Origin: Macrostomum lignano
Taxonomy: Eukaryota
Reading direction: 5' to 3'
Assembly: GCA_002269645.1 (NCBI GenBank)
Contig: NIVC01000690.1
Location: forward strand, 413,196-477,195
Length of the DNA stretch: 64,000 bases
Positions 1 to 13,675 of this stretch are shown piece after piece. The first letter of the stretch is position 1. Every line of letters starts with the position of its first letter. Below the pieces are notes generated by a model that was not told where the DNA came from, did not search any database, and saw only the letters and a list, made by a program, of their open reading frames with translations. Made by a program: the position numbers and the translations under genes.

Positions 1-540
1 TTGTCGTAAACAAAAAATGGTAAAAACCCTAAAGTTGTGCCAACGTTATTGTCTCATTAAAATTGCTTAATATATGGCGATTTTGTTGAGTGGCATTTAC
101 CCGCACAAAAAAATTCATAAATAGAAATTTGTTGTGTTCAGCCTAGGCATTATTGCTTTTTGTCGCATTATTCAGTCTAGCTTTAGGGATTGGCACACTT
201 TCTGGAGGCAAAGGTTCACGGGACAAATAACATACGAGTGCGCATAGGCCTAGTAGATTCTTGCGTAGCTAAATAAGCGCTTTCCTGTTAAGTATAGATC
301 ACAGATATTGCTTCGCAATTTCATTTGTAAGCAATAGCGTCTATGTTTTTCCTTTTCGTCTTTTAGAGTTTCATTGCAGAAAATTTCAGTATTCACTAAT
401 ACTGTACTTTGGAAGCGAAAATTAGGTACGAGTACGACTGTTATTATGGTTATGTTATCGTCATGTTATGCTAGGTAATTCTATGTTATGTTAAGAGTAC
501 GTTTTCGTAAAAATTACCCGTATTTCTTGCTCTCCCTCAG

Positions 541-1996
541 AGCCGGCCTCCGCCAAAGCCAGCCAACGTCGACGGCAGACCACGGCCACCTCATCGTCAA
601 TTTCATTTGGCGGCGTTGGCGCTTCAACTTTTGCCGACGCGGACAGCAACGCTGCTAACGAAGACGACGATCTACAGGATGAAGACGTCAACGAAGACGA
701 TGGGAGCGATGGAACCTCGTCTGAGACCGACGACAATCAGGACGAAGACGACGATGACAACGAGAAGGCGTCGAGACACGGGGACGACGCTCCGGAAGAG
801 AAAATGGGTAGCAAGGATCTTCGCGCCCTGCCGGTCACTAAGCCCGAGCATTCCGAGCTTCGAATGCGCCTAACGGAGCTCGTCTCAGCCACCGAGCAGT
901 GCGCACTCGAAGCGCCCAGTCTGCTAAAATGCGACCGACTGCGCGTGTTCGACTATCGCAAATACGACAAGCGACAGTCGCAGTCAAGACCAGCTTCCGG
1001 CGCGTCTGCCGACAACAAATCCGTTGCCGATGAGGAAGACAAAGACGACGAGACGGTGGCCACTCTCGGTGGCGACATGACCTGGCCGAATCGTCAGCTG
1101 CTCTTCGACAGCGATGCGGCGCATCAGGCGGCTCTGTCGGAGCTGAACAGCACCGTCGACCGATCAGAGTCGAACGTGGCCGCTTTCGCTCGCCAGTTTA
1201 TCCGTTTCTGCGGCATGGTGGACACAGCTAAGCAGTTGGACGTTCACAAGGCTAACGCTAAGCGTCCCTGGCAGACGGAAGATTTTCATCGGGCGCTGCT
1301 AACCTTCACCGAGCACGTTTCGGCTATGAAAGCCATGGTGCCAGAGCAGCGCGTAGATTTTGTTAGCGTATCAACCGAAGATTTCGCTTCGTCGTGTCTG
1401 CCGCACCCGTCTCGAGTGCTGGGACAGATCAGCGAAATCCTGCCACGGCAGGCTCATGCCAGAAACGTTTCCCTGCTTAACCACGTGCACGACGCATCGA
1501 AACGGTTGGACATCACGCCGGACAACGTCGAACAGTTTGTCGATCATTTGACCTTCTTAAACAAGACGGCCACCGAGCTGCCCGCTATGGAAAAAGAGTT
1601 CCTAGTCGTTAATAGAATGTTTACCATCGCCAGAGATTTCGGTGTACAGTTGGAAGCCGAAAGCATGGCTCTGTACAAAACTCTGGGACCGAGCTACCAA
1701 CGATTGAAGAACATCGTCATGTACCACGAGGCCAAGAAGGAAGAAAGTGTGCAACGCTTCAGCGCTGACCTGGAGAGCCTCATCAACAAGATTAGGAACG
1801 AGATCACCGACCTGAGAGTGGAGGTCAATCAGCCCATGTTTCTGAGCCGAGCCACCGCAGAGAAAACTGCGGTCGAAGCGATCCGCGAGCTCCAAGAGAA
1901 AGTCGGCGGACTGAGCATCAAAGCGCGCAGCTACGCCTCATATCAGGAGCGATTCGGCAGCCAGGCCCAGGCTAGACAAGCTCGCTTCTTCTCCGA
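541..1996 (+). CDS. Dynein HC exon 1 (tail region, acidic low-complexity start)
   Basis: Acceptor ctccctcag ending at 540; frame open from 543 and continuous with the 804-2000 ORF; donor GTGAGT at 1997. Confidence 0.8.
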
Positions 1997-4900
1997 GTGA
2001 GTGAATGCTCAAGATAATTCTAAATCCCACTTTTTTTTCGATCCCACATCTCAGGATCTGAGATTTTAGGATTCCAGATGCCACATTCCCAGATGCCACA
2101 TCCCCAGATGCCACATTCCCAGATGCCACATCCCCAGATGCCACATCCCCAGATGCCACATCCCCAGATGCCACATCCCCAGATGCCACATCCCCAGATG
2201 CCACATCCCCAGATGCCACATCCCCAGATGCCACATCCCCAGATGCCACATCCCCAGATGCCACATCCCCAGATGCCACATCCCCAGATGCCACATCCCC
2301 AGATGCCACATCCCCAGATGCCACATCCCCAGATGCCACATCCCCAGATGCCACATCCCCAGATGCCACATCCCCAGATGCCACATCCCCAGATGCCACA
2401 TCCCCAGATGCCACATCCCCAGATGCCACATCCCCAGATGCCACATCGCCAGATGCCACACCCCTCTTGCTTACCGCATCCGCCCGCAGAGACTCCGGAG
2501 GTGCCAGCAGCACGGCCAAAGCGATTCAGCAGGAGCTGGCTGAGCTGGAGCGCGACCTCACGCTGCGCCGCCTACTCTGGGACAGCCTGGAGGAATGGCG
2601 CCAGCTGCACAAGGAGCTGGAGCTGACGCCACTGCACCAGCTGAACGTGGACAGTCTACAGAAGAGCGTCGCCAAGTTCACCCAGACAGTCTTCATGCTA
2701 GAGAAAGGCCTGCCTCATAACGACGTTCTGCCGCACCTCAAGGAGGAGGTTATGGAGTTCAAAACCGGGATGCCGGTTGTGCTGGCGCTTAGGAATCCAA
2801 ATTTGAAGCCGCGGCATTGGAAAGATATTGACGACGTTGTGCAGAAGAATATCAGCCAGGATGAGCTGTTGACCTTGGTGGATCTTATCGAGACAAATGT
2901 GAGTGCGGTGGCTTGGTGATGATGCGCGATGGTTGTTTGGCCTTGATTTTTTGTTTGATGTGGCATAATGGAATGACGGGATGGGATCATTGGAGGATGG
3001 GATGATGGGAAGAGAAGATTCTAGAATTGTGGGATGATGCATGGAATGGTTGGAGGATGGGATGATAAGATGATGGGATGATGGAATGATTAGATTATGG
3101 GATGATGGGTTGATAGGATGATTGGATGCTGGGATGATGGATGATGGGATGACTGGAGGATGGGATGATAAAATGATGGAATGATAGAAGTATGGGTTGA
3201 TTAGATAATGGAATTACGGGATGAGATGATTGGATGATGGAATAAATATTGAGGATGTAGGAGCCTTGGATATGCATGATGAATGAATCATGTCTCCAGG
3301 ATAACGGAAACGTTAATTCCAAACTCGACCCTCTCTTCCCCAAAACCCGCCAGGTGCTTCGGCATCGCAACACAATCCAAGAGATTTCCACGACTGCTAG
3401 CAACGAGGCCACTCTGGAGCAGATGCTGCGCAAAGTGGTGGAGCTCTGGCAGAGCACCGAATTCCGGCTTGTCAGTCATCAAGCTCGCGGCACCTGGATC
3501 GTGTCCGGTGCCGAGGACATCCAAGCGCAGCTGGAGGAGTCGCAGCTTACAGTCGGCACCATCCGGTCGTCGCGATACGTCGGACCGATTCGCAACCAAG
3601 TGGAAGAGTGGGAGCGCAGGCTGAACCTGTTCTCTCGCACCCTGGACGAGTGGATGTCCTGCCAGAGGAACTGGCTCTACCTGGAGCAGGTGTTTCACAC
3701 GCCTGACATTCAACGCCAGCTGCCGGCAGAGTCGAAGGCTTTCGCCTGGGTGGACAAGCAGTGGCAGGAGCTCATGCGCAAGGTTGAGGACCGACCGAAC
3801 GCGCTCCGATGCGGAACTTCCGCTGGCACGTTTGAAACTCTTCAACAGTGCAACATCCAGCTGGACAAGGTGCAGAAATGCCTGGAAGACTACCTGGAAA
3901 CTAAACGACTTATCTTTCCCAGATTTTATTTCCTTAGCAATGACGAACTGTTGGACATCCTAGCGCAGGCCAAGAATTTTGATGCCGTACAGCCGCACCT
4001 GCCGAAGCTGTTTAGCAACGTGAAGCAGCTGGACATTCGCCAGTTGCCAAGGCAACCGCCCACAGTGTTCAATATGGCCAGCGCTGAGGGGGAAATTATG
4101 AGCATGCCAAAGTGAGTTGTGACGTCGAATTAAAGTAGAATGATGACGGAAAACTGCTTTTCTTAGAAAAAAATGATGTCTGACTTTAAGCGATAAATAC
4201 TTTACCAAGACAAAAAATGGTTATAGCCTAGTGGTTAGAGCGTCGGATTCACGGCTAAAAGGTCGGGGGTTCGATTCTCGATCCTACTCGGAACAATTTG
4301 AGTCCTTGAGCAAGACACTTAACTCTGCATTGCTTCAGTTCATTCAGCTGTAAAATGGGTGCCAGCATTAGCTGGGGTAATTGAGGGTGCGTGGCGACCC
4401 CCCAGTCCTTGGACTGAACAGCCGTACGCAGCCTTCAGATGCGCCGCGCAATAGCTGCGGCTGAGCTGTCGGTTGCACATCTGCCTATTAGGGCAGGGAC
4501 TATTAATTATTATAAATAGTTATTACTTTCTTTGAAAAACTTGTACATGTATCCGTCTAGAGGTCAGTAATTATTGTAAAAAGTCGTATTATCTTAATAT
4601 TAGCATTTGGTCTGCGTTTTTACGTCTAAAACCAGTCTTCATAGTCTTTCCAAGAAACAAAGATTCATCTAAAATGCTGTTTTTGCTCTAAAACCGAAAC
4701 GATTTTAAAATCGAATGGCACTCTGAATTGCAGAAATCTGCGCGCAAGAGGCGCAGTGGAGCAGTGGCTTGGCAGCGTCGAGGGCGGAATGTTCGACACC
4801 GTGAAGAAGTGAGCAATTTTGGGACAGTGTTTTATTTAACTAATTGCTTGTACTTTGCTTTGAGCAAACATTATCCTAACGTTTAGTTTAGTCTGGGAAT

Positions 4901-7900
4901 GACTGAAGATATTCTTATTATGGAATATTTTTAAAGTGCGAGAGATTAATCAAGGTGTGGGATTTCTAAGATGTGAGATTCTCCAAGGTTTAAGATTCCT
5001 AAGGTGTGAGATTCCTAAGGTGTGAGATTCCTAAGTTGGGAGATTCCTAAGGTGTGAGATTCCTAAGTTGGGAGATTCCTAAGGTGTGAGATTCCTAAGT
5101 TGGGAGATTCTAAGGTGTGAGATTCCTAAGGTGTGAGATTCCTAAGTTGGGAGATTCCTAAGGTGTGAGATTCCTAAGTTGGGAGATTCTAAGGTGTGAG
5201 ATTCCTAAGGTGTGAGATTCCTTAAGTGTGAGATTCCTAAGTTGGGAGATTCCTTAGGTGTGGGATTCCTAAGTTGGGAGATTCCTAAGGTGTGAGATTC
5301 CTAAGTTGAGAGATTCCTAAGGTGTGAGATTCCTAAGGTGTGAGATTCCTAAGGTGTGAGATTCCTAAGGTGTGAGATTCCTAAGGTGTGAGATTCCTTA
5401 AGTGTGAGATTCCTACGGTTTGAGATTCCTAAGGTGGTAGATTCCTTAGGTGTGGGATTCCTAAGGTGTGAGATTCCTAAGTTGGTAGATTCCTTAGGTG
5501 TGAGATTCCTAAGGTGTGAGATTCCTAAGGTGTGAGATTCCTAAGTTGGTAGATTCCTTAGGTGCGAGCTTCCTAAGGTGTGAGATTCTTAGACTGTGAG
5601 ATTCCAAAGGTGAGAGATTTCCAAGGGATTGAAGTCCTATGCTCAGTCTGGGTGATTATCAAAGTATATGAGATTCTTAAGATGTGTGAAGTTTCTAATG
5701 TTCGAGATCTTAAAAAGTGTGAGATTTCTCAAGAATTGAGTTCCTTAATGGGACGTGGTAGTTTGAGTACAATAGCCCCTCCAGACATTGAAAGAATCTA
5801 ATGCGTGACAATGCCCAACACAAATCGCCCAGGCACATTCGTCAGGGTCTCGCTGAGCACCCAGGCTATGCTGGCAAAGGCGTGAGTCAGCTGCAGAGCT
5901 GGCTGGTTGATCACGCTGGGCAAGTCATCCTGACTGTGGTGAGTATTCAAAGTCTAGTGCGCAATCACTGGAAAGTAGCCGAGGGACCAGTATGCTATCC
6001 TTTCTATTTACCTTGGCACTCCATCTATCGTGACCTATATAGTATTATACAGTCAAGGATGTTAAAAGACCCTCAAGACAAATCTAGAGACCCTGACACC
6101 CTATCTAGAGACCCTGACACCATTTATCTAGAGACCCTGACACCATTTATCTAGAGACCCTGACACCATTTAACTAGAGACCCTGACACCATTTAACTAG
6201 AGACCCTGACACCATTTAACTAGAGACCCTGACACAATTTATCTAGAGACCCTGACACCATTTATCTAGAGACCCTGACACCATTTATCTAGAGGCCCTT
6301 ACACCATTTATCTAGAGACCCTGACACCCTATCTAGAGATTCTGACACCCTATCTAGAGATTCTGACGCCCTATCTAGAGACCCTGACACCCTATCTAGA
6401 GACCCTGACACCCTATCTAGAGACTCTGACACCATTTATCTAGAGACTCTGGCACCCTATCTGACACCTAACCAGAGACAACAAAATTCATTCCAGACTC
6501 AAATAATTTTCACCCGAAGCGTCGATGCCGCACTGAACTCGTCAGATCCACACAAAGGTGTCGTGAAATTTTCCATGAGTACAGTCCAGCTGCTCAACCA
6601 GGTGGCCGGGGTGATTTCGGCGCCGCTCAGCGAACACATCCGTCTTGCACTCGAGGCCATGCTGATAGTGAATGTGCACAATCGCGACATCTTAACCAGC
6701 TTGGCAGACAATAAGGTGTCAAGTTCTGAGGATTTCAACTGGAGAAAGTGAGTTGTGTTTAGAAATTGCTTCAATTGCAGCGTAATTGTACTTTTGAGCG
6801 AGCGCCCCTTGGTGCTGGCGCCCCTTGGTGCTGGCGCCCCTTGGTGCTGGTGCCCCTTAGTGCTGGCGCCCCTTGGTGCTGGAGCCATTTGGTGCTGGCG
6901 CCCCCCCCCCCCCGATAAAAATCCCAGCTACACCCAGGGACTTATCCCCATTCCAATCTGCAGACAACTTCGCTACCAATGGGACGATGTCAGCAACCAG
7001 TGCCAGGCCCTGCAGGTGGACGCTGTCATCCAATACGGCTACGAGTATCTTGGCTGCGCGCCTCGCCTGGTGCTGACGCCCCTGACAGACCGGTGCTACC
7101 TGACCCTGACAGGCGCTATGAGCCTCCACCTGGGCGGCTGCCCGGCCGGCCCAGCTGGCACTGGCAAGACGGAGACGGTGAAAGACCTCGCCAAGTCAGT
7201 GGGCAAGCACTGCGTTGTGTTCAACTGCTCGGAGGGCCTGGACTACAAGATGCTGGGCAAGCTGTTCAGCGGACTGGCTCAGGCTGGAAGTTGGGCCTGC
7301 TTTGATGAGTTCAATCGAATCGACATCGAAGTGCTCAGCGTTGTTGCCTCGCAGGTGCAAACAATCAAAGCTGCCAAGGATCAATTGGCTCAACGATTCG
7401 TATTCGAAGGTCGCGAAGTGAAGCTGGACTCGTCGTGCGGCATCTTCATCACGATGAATCCGACTTACGCTGGTCGGGTGGAGCTGCCGGACAATTTGAA
7501 ATCTCTGTTCCGTCCAGTCGCAATGATGGTGCCGCACTATGCTCTCATTGCCGAGATTCTGCTGTTCTCTGGCGGATTCCGGTCCGCAAAGATCCTGTCT
7601 AGAAAGATTGTCAATCTGTACGAGTTAACCTCCAAGCAGCTGTCGCAGCAGGACCACTACGATTTCGGTATGCGAGCGATAAAGTACGTCCTGGTGATGG
7701 CCGGCCAGATGCGGATGAAAGCGCAGCAGGGGTGAGTGCTGTTTCAAATTTAACCTGTTGAAAATTACTAGCTCGTACGGATCTACGCAATTGAGTTCAC
7801 GAATAGTTTTTAACAGATTAGGGCAAGCAGCTTTGCGGTCAACGTGTCTGACTTTTTCGCGCCACACGACCCCTAGCTGGTTCGGTTCCTCGAGAATTTC

Positions 7901-10900
7901 CTTAACGGTGGGACCAATTTAAGGACAATTGCTTGAACGGATTATTAAAGACAGTAAAGGACAAGCAAAGTGATAAAAAGCCATCCAATGTGAGAATTTA
8001 TTGGTCTTTTAAAACTTTGCTTGTCCTTTATAGTCTATGGCTCATAGACTAGGCTGGACGCAGCTAGGCCCTTCGTATTCAGCGTAGGAAGGATTCTCAC
8101 ATTGGATGGCTTTTTATCACTTTGCTTATCCTTTATAGTCTATGGCTCATAGACTAAGGCTGCACGCAGCCAGGCCCTTCGCAGTCAGCGTAGGCAGGAT
8201 TCTCACTTTGGATGGCTTTATTCTCAGTTAGGCTGACAAAACCTATATTACACCTTTTCGCGTTCAATTTTGATCAAAGTCCAATTCTAAAAAAACTAGC
8301 GGAAATTCAATTCTGACAATTCAGACTGGGGCAACGCTTACGAAAAATCAATAAAAACAAACCCCAGTTCTAAACATTCTGCCACCGAAGCAAGGTTTAG
8401 CCATAGACAAAATTGTCCCCAGTCTGAATAGTCTGAATTGAATTTCCGCTAGTCTTTTTAGAACTGGACTTTGATCAAAATTGAACGTGAAAAGGTGTAG
8501 TAGAATCTCCATTCATAGCCGCCTCTTGAGGATGCTAAACTTTAGCAGTAAAAGTTTTATCCTTTAGCTGAACTGCTACGCTCACGAAACCGCGAACTAG
8601 CAATCTGCAAAAAACCAAGCCTTTTGACCATATACATCGCTCAGAAACCTCTCATCCGACTGCTAAGCTCGTGAAGCAAAAAGTTAGCAGACTGGTAAAA
8701 ATTAGAGTGCGACTGCTCTCAAGAAACCAAAAGCTTTTGAAATTGCTTCATGAAAGTGCTTCATGAAATTGGTCCCTGGAGTGGTGAGACGATGACTCCA
8801 TGAATTTCAACGAAGGCGGTGAAATTTTAATATATTTTATTCATGTTAACAATGCATTAACGAAATCCTTAAGCTTTGGTCAGTTCTAAGGTCAAAATAT
8901 CATTTTTCTGGCGGCTTCAATTCGGCGCTGGAAAACATCCGCTTTCGAACAAATGAAATAATTTATAATTTTGTTATAATTTATCCAAAATTATAACAAA
9001 TTTCCTTGAATTCTCGTCTGACTACGAGCGTATCGTTCACTTTCAGCATAAGCGACCATCCGCTGTCTGTGTAAGACTGCAGATTTAATCAAAGCATTAT
9101 TACCTTTTACCTTTTAAACAATTACTCTTCTCTGATTTCATTTACCTGAAGAGCAGCCCTCTAAGGGTACTCAATGGTTTATAAGAATTTACGAATGAAT
9201 GAGATTTTAAATTTGTTCACCATTGTTCGTAGCTATCGGTCGTAATGCATGCACACTTTTCATTGATGTCGCACCCAGTTTTATATTGTACAGTACCCCC
9301 CGTACCTAACACCATTATCTAAGTAGTTTTTATGACATTCTTTCATATCGAATAGAACTAAATAGTGCACCTCGAATTTCCTGTAAAATATCTATACGTC
9401 ATGCACCTTCTATTGTAGGATTCCACAATAAAATATAAAATTGGTTGCATTGGGTGTGGAGTTCATTAAATTTTCTGTTTGCATTCTCTCCTAAATTTCC
9501 CTGGTAAAAGAGTTAGCTAACACACTATTCATTTCTGATGTAACCTTAATTGGCTTTATTTCCAGTATTCGTCTTGTCGATAAAAGCGATAGAATACCAT
9601 CCCGATTAAGCTACTATTTTGTGCTACTTAACGTGAGTAGTAGCATGCGACGTTTTTTCGAACAAAATTTCGATCACAAATCAAATCACGTCATGAATTT
9701 TCGAATCACAAAACGCGCTGCTGTTACAATATTTGCACAAAAATCTTTCTACAATATAGCTGAACTTATATAATCACTGCTAAAAGTCAAATCCGAATAA
9801 AAAAAAATTTATCCTTTCGACTGACAAAGCAAAATAAAAGTTCACAAGTTTGATTGGCTCAACTATCCAAACAGTTTATAATTTAAACAAAAATTGTGGA
9901 AAATCCGATGTACTTTGTTTTAATGCACTGAATGTTTTTTTCAGCTTTGCATCGCAGTACAGGTGAGACAGACAGCTGCATAGAGAGACAAAAATATTTT
10001 TTCTATCGTCTATTCTCTATTTTTAATGAACATCGATCCCATTTTTTTCAAAAAGCTTCTTTAAATAAAAATAGAAACACTTTGACAGTGTTTATAAGCT
10101 TTTCAGTTCAGATTAAGCTTTGCTGCTTAAATCATGACATCGCATTTATTGGCTTCCGATGACTATAAAGTAAAAGTGTCATTTTTTGCTGAACAGGTTT
10201 TTAAATTAATGAAAATAAGAGTAATAATGATCGTTAAAAATGTTTTTAAACCTTAAAAATGCACAAAAACGCAAAGAATTAAACTCTAAATGTATTTGTC
10301 TACATGAATATTAATCGTATTAACTTGATTTTGTTATAACAATTTCTAAGATATCAGATCAGACAAAATTATTCGTTCGGTATTTTCGCTCATTGAAGTC
10401 TACGAAGTTGTGCAATTAATCTGCAATCAACCTCAGCAAATATTTTGGTCTTTTAAACTCTGGAATTATATAGGTTCTAAAATTATATTTTTGTGTAGCT
10501 CTCTCACGTACTACGAGTATAAATTTTGACTGAATACTATTAGTAGTTCATATTGATTTTTTCTGGATAGCGCAAGTTATTGTAGTAAAAGTTTAAATTT
10601 CTGTGTTGTCTGTAAATTTAGCGAACCATTTTTAGTGAACAGTCGGATAGATGTATCTTGCTTTCAAAGTGTACCATAGCAACAATCACAGTTTATTAAA
10701 TTTGCTTGCTTATTGCGCAATAGAAATTTCGCAGGTACATGTAAAATCAAATGCTTATCACGATGGCAGTGCCACGAAAGTCGTTATGCCACAGAAGTAT
10801 TCAAATATCTATAAAGTATATTTTACTTGAAATCTTTCCACTTTCAGATTAATTGAAGTGCCAGATCTCAAAGCAAGCGGAGGCAGAGGTAGACACAGTG

Positions 10901-13640
10901 TGCTCACCGAGGATCAAGAAGCTTATATCCTTATTCAGGCGCTCAGAGACTCAAATCTGCCTCGCTTCGTAGCCGAAGATGTGCCACTATTCGAAGCGAT
11001 CATGTCGGATCTGTTTCCGAATTTTTCTGCACCGGATAAGCTGAGCGAACATCTTGACGTAAGGCCTGTTGGATCGTTTGAATTCGATTTTTTTCTTTCG
11101 TGTTCTTTTCTGAGTTTCAATTTAAACAAACATTCCTTCTCTCAGTCTACTTACCACAGAATATACACAGAATGCTTCAATAATGCATTTCGAAAGAATT
11201 TCTTGCACATGAATTACATTCTTCACTAGCTACTCTCATTGTGAAGATAAGTAAATTAGGTTGTATCGCATTGTTTCTATAATAATTTTCTATATATAGG
11301 ATTTTTTAAACATTTTAATAATTATAAGAATCTTACTCCTATCGTTATTAAAACTGATTAGGCAGAAGACCTTTCTTTTCTCTCCCCTCTATACCTTTAG
11401 TCTACCTATTTCTCTACTCACCTGCTTCTTTTCTCTACTAATGTCTCTACGAATCTGTTCATTACATTTTTATCTTGATGTCAAGGCTTAGAGGGAAATT
11501 TCTGAGACGTCAAGGCTTCCTGATGGAATTGCTGAGATGTGAAGGCTTACGGGGGGAATGGCTGAGATGTGAAGGCTTACGGGGGGAATTGCTGAGATGT
11601 CAAGGCTTACTGGGGGAATTGCTGAGATGTCAAGACTTACTGGGGGAATTGCTGAGATGTCAAGGCTTACTGGGGGAATTGCTGAGATGTCAAGGCTTAC
11701 TGAGGGAATTGCTGAGATTTCAAGGCTTACTGAGGGAATTGCTGAGATGTCAAGACTTACTGGGGGAATTGCTGAGATGTCAAGGCTTACTGGGGGAATT
11801 GCTGAGATGTCAAGGCTTACTGAGGGAATTGCTGAGATTTCAAGGCTTACTGGGGGAATTGCTGAGATGTCAAGGCTTACTGAGGGAATTGCTGAGATGT
11901 CAAGGCTTACTGGGGGAATTGCTGAGATGTCAAGGCTTACTGGGGGAATTGCTGAGATGTCAAGGCTTACTGAGGGAATTGCTGAGATGTCAAGGCTTAC
12001 TGGGGGAATTGCTGAGATGTCAATGCTTACTTGGGGAATTGCTGAGATTTCAAGGCTTACTTAGGGAATTGCTGAGATTTCAAGGCTTACTTGGAGAATT
12101 GCTGAGATGTCAAGGCTTATTTGGAGAATTGCTAAGATGTCAAGGCTTACTGAGGGAATTGCTGAGATATCAAGGCTCAGGTCAGAAGCTATTCTTTGTT
12201 GGCTCCCCATGAGAGGGCGCTGATTGCCAGTCCAATTGCTAATTTTCACGCTAAAAAACCTGTTGTCAGATGGCCATCCGTCAGAGCTGCCACGAGCTGG
12301 GCCTGCAGGTCTGGGAGTCCCAGGTGGCCAAAGTGCACCAGCTGTACAAGCAGCTGCTAGTCCGTCACGGAGTCATGCTTGTTGGCCCAACTTGCGGCGG
12401 CAAAACAGCTACACGGTTGATTCTGTTCAAAGCTCTGGGCCTGTTGCCAAGTGTGGTTTCTAGGGCTGAGGCTGCGGCCTCCGCCGCTGCTGCTGAAGCG
12501 GCTGGGAGAGCCAGCCAGACTCCGGTGCAGGTAAGCTCTTCTGGGTGCGATGAACGTCTGGTAACTTGGTTTTGATTTGGGGCATTTGCGACTTGCGATC
12601 TGGGAGCTATTGACTTCTAATTGGGGATCTGCTGACTTCTAATTGGGGATCTGCTGACTTCTAATTGGGGATCTGCTGACTTCTAATTGGGGATCTGCTG
12701 ACTTCTAATTGGGGATCTGTTGACTTCTAATTGGGGATCTGCTGACTTTTAATTGGGGATCTGTTGACTTCTGAATGGGGATCTGTTGACTTCTAATTGG
12801 GGATCTGCTGACTTCTAATTTGGGGATCTGTTGACTTCTAATTGGGGATCTGCTGACTTTTAATTGAGGATCTGCTGACTTCTAATTTGACCTTCAAGTT
12901 TGAATCCAATGGTTTCCAAAAGAAAATCAATATTTTTCTCCGATAAACCGCAAATCAACCAATGAACTCGACAGTCGGCAAGATCAAAGAGATTGTCGGC
13001 AAAGCAGAAGGAGCGCAAAAAGGAAGCAGAAGGAAACAGGACCGAAGAAACGGTATCCGAGATTTTTGCCTAGATTGAGTCCTTGTATTTTGTTTCATTC
13101 GGAATTCATTTTTATTCAGCTTACTTTATTTAGATGATTAGTTAGTTTAATACAAAAAAATTATCCACTCGCGGTAACTTCATGCCTTTTATTTACCCCC
13201 CCCCCCCCCACAATTTATTTGAAATCCAGTAGCTAAATAAGGAAATGGAATGCTTTCCTTAGACTTGAGTTGCTTTTTTGCTTTTTGTGCTTGAAAAACG
13301 CTGAAACCGCCTATACTTTACTGTTAGTAGTTGCAGTGCAGACTGCGAGTCATTCTTTACTACTTACGTCTCAGTAGGATTTATAGATTAACTAATTTAG
13401 TTTCGTAATGTGTGTAGCAAAGGGATGTAAATGATTAGAATTTTTCGCTGAACAAAACCCCCGCAGAAGCCGCGCAAAGCTCACGTTGAGCACGTGATTC
13501 TGAATCCGAAGTGCGTACAACTTGGCGAACTGTTTGGCTGCACAGATCCAAACACGTTTGAATGGACAGACGGTCTGGTTGCTAATATTGTTAGAAAGTT
13601 TACAAAAGCAGAAAATCAGCAACAACAGCAGCAACAGCAA

Positions 13641-13675
<35 letters not shown>

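Noticed and set aside
1938-2626. ORFs with (GDVAS)n, (MWHLG)n and (MPHPQ)n
   Set aside because: Translations of the 15-bp intronic minisatellite, which has no stop codons; they lie inside a phase-consistent dynein intron.
4217-4295. Functional tRNA gene
   Set aside because: It has A/B boxes but no convincing acceptor stem and continues into a SINE body; treated as a SINE head.
11475-12212. 245-aa ([10 protein letters not shown])n ORF resembling an LRR or coiled coil
   Set aside because: 30-bp minisatellite in dynein intron 8.
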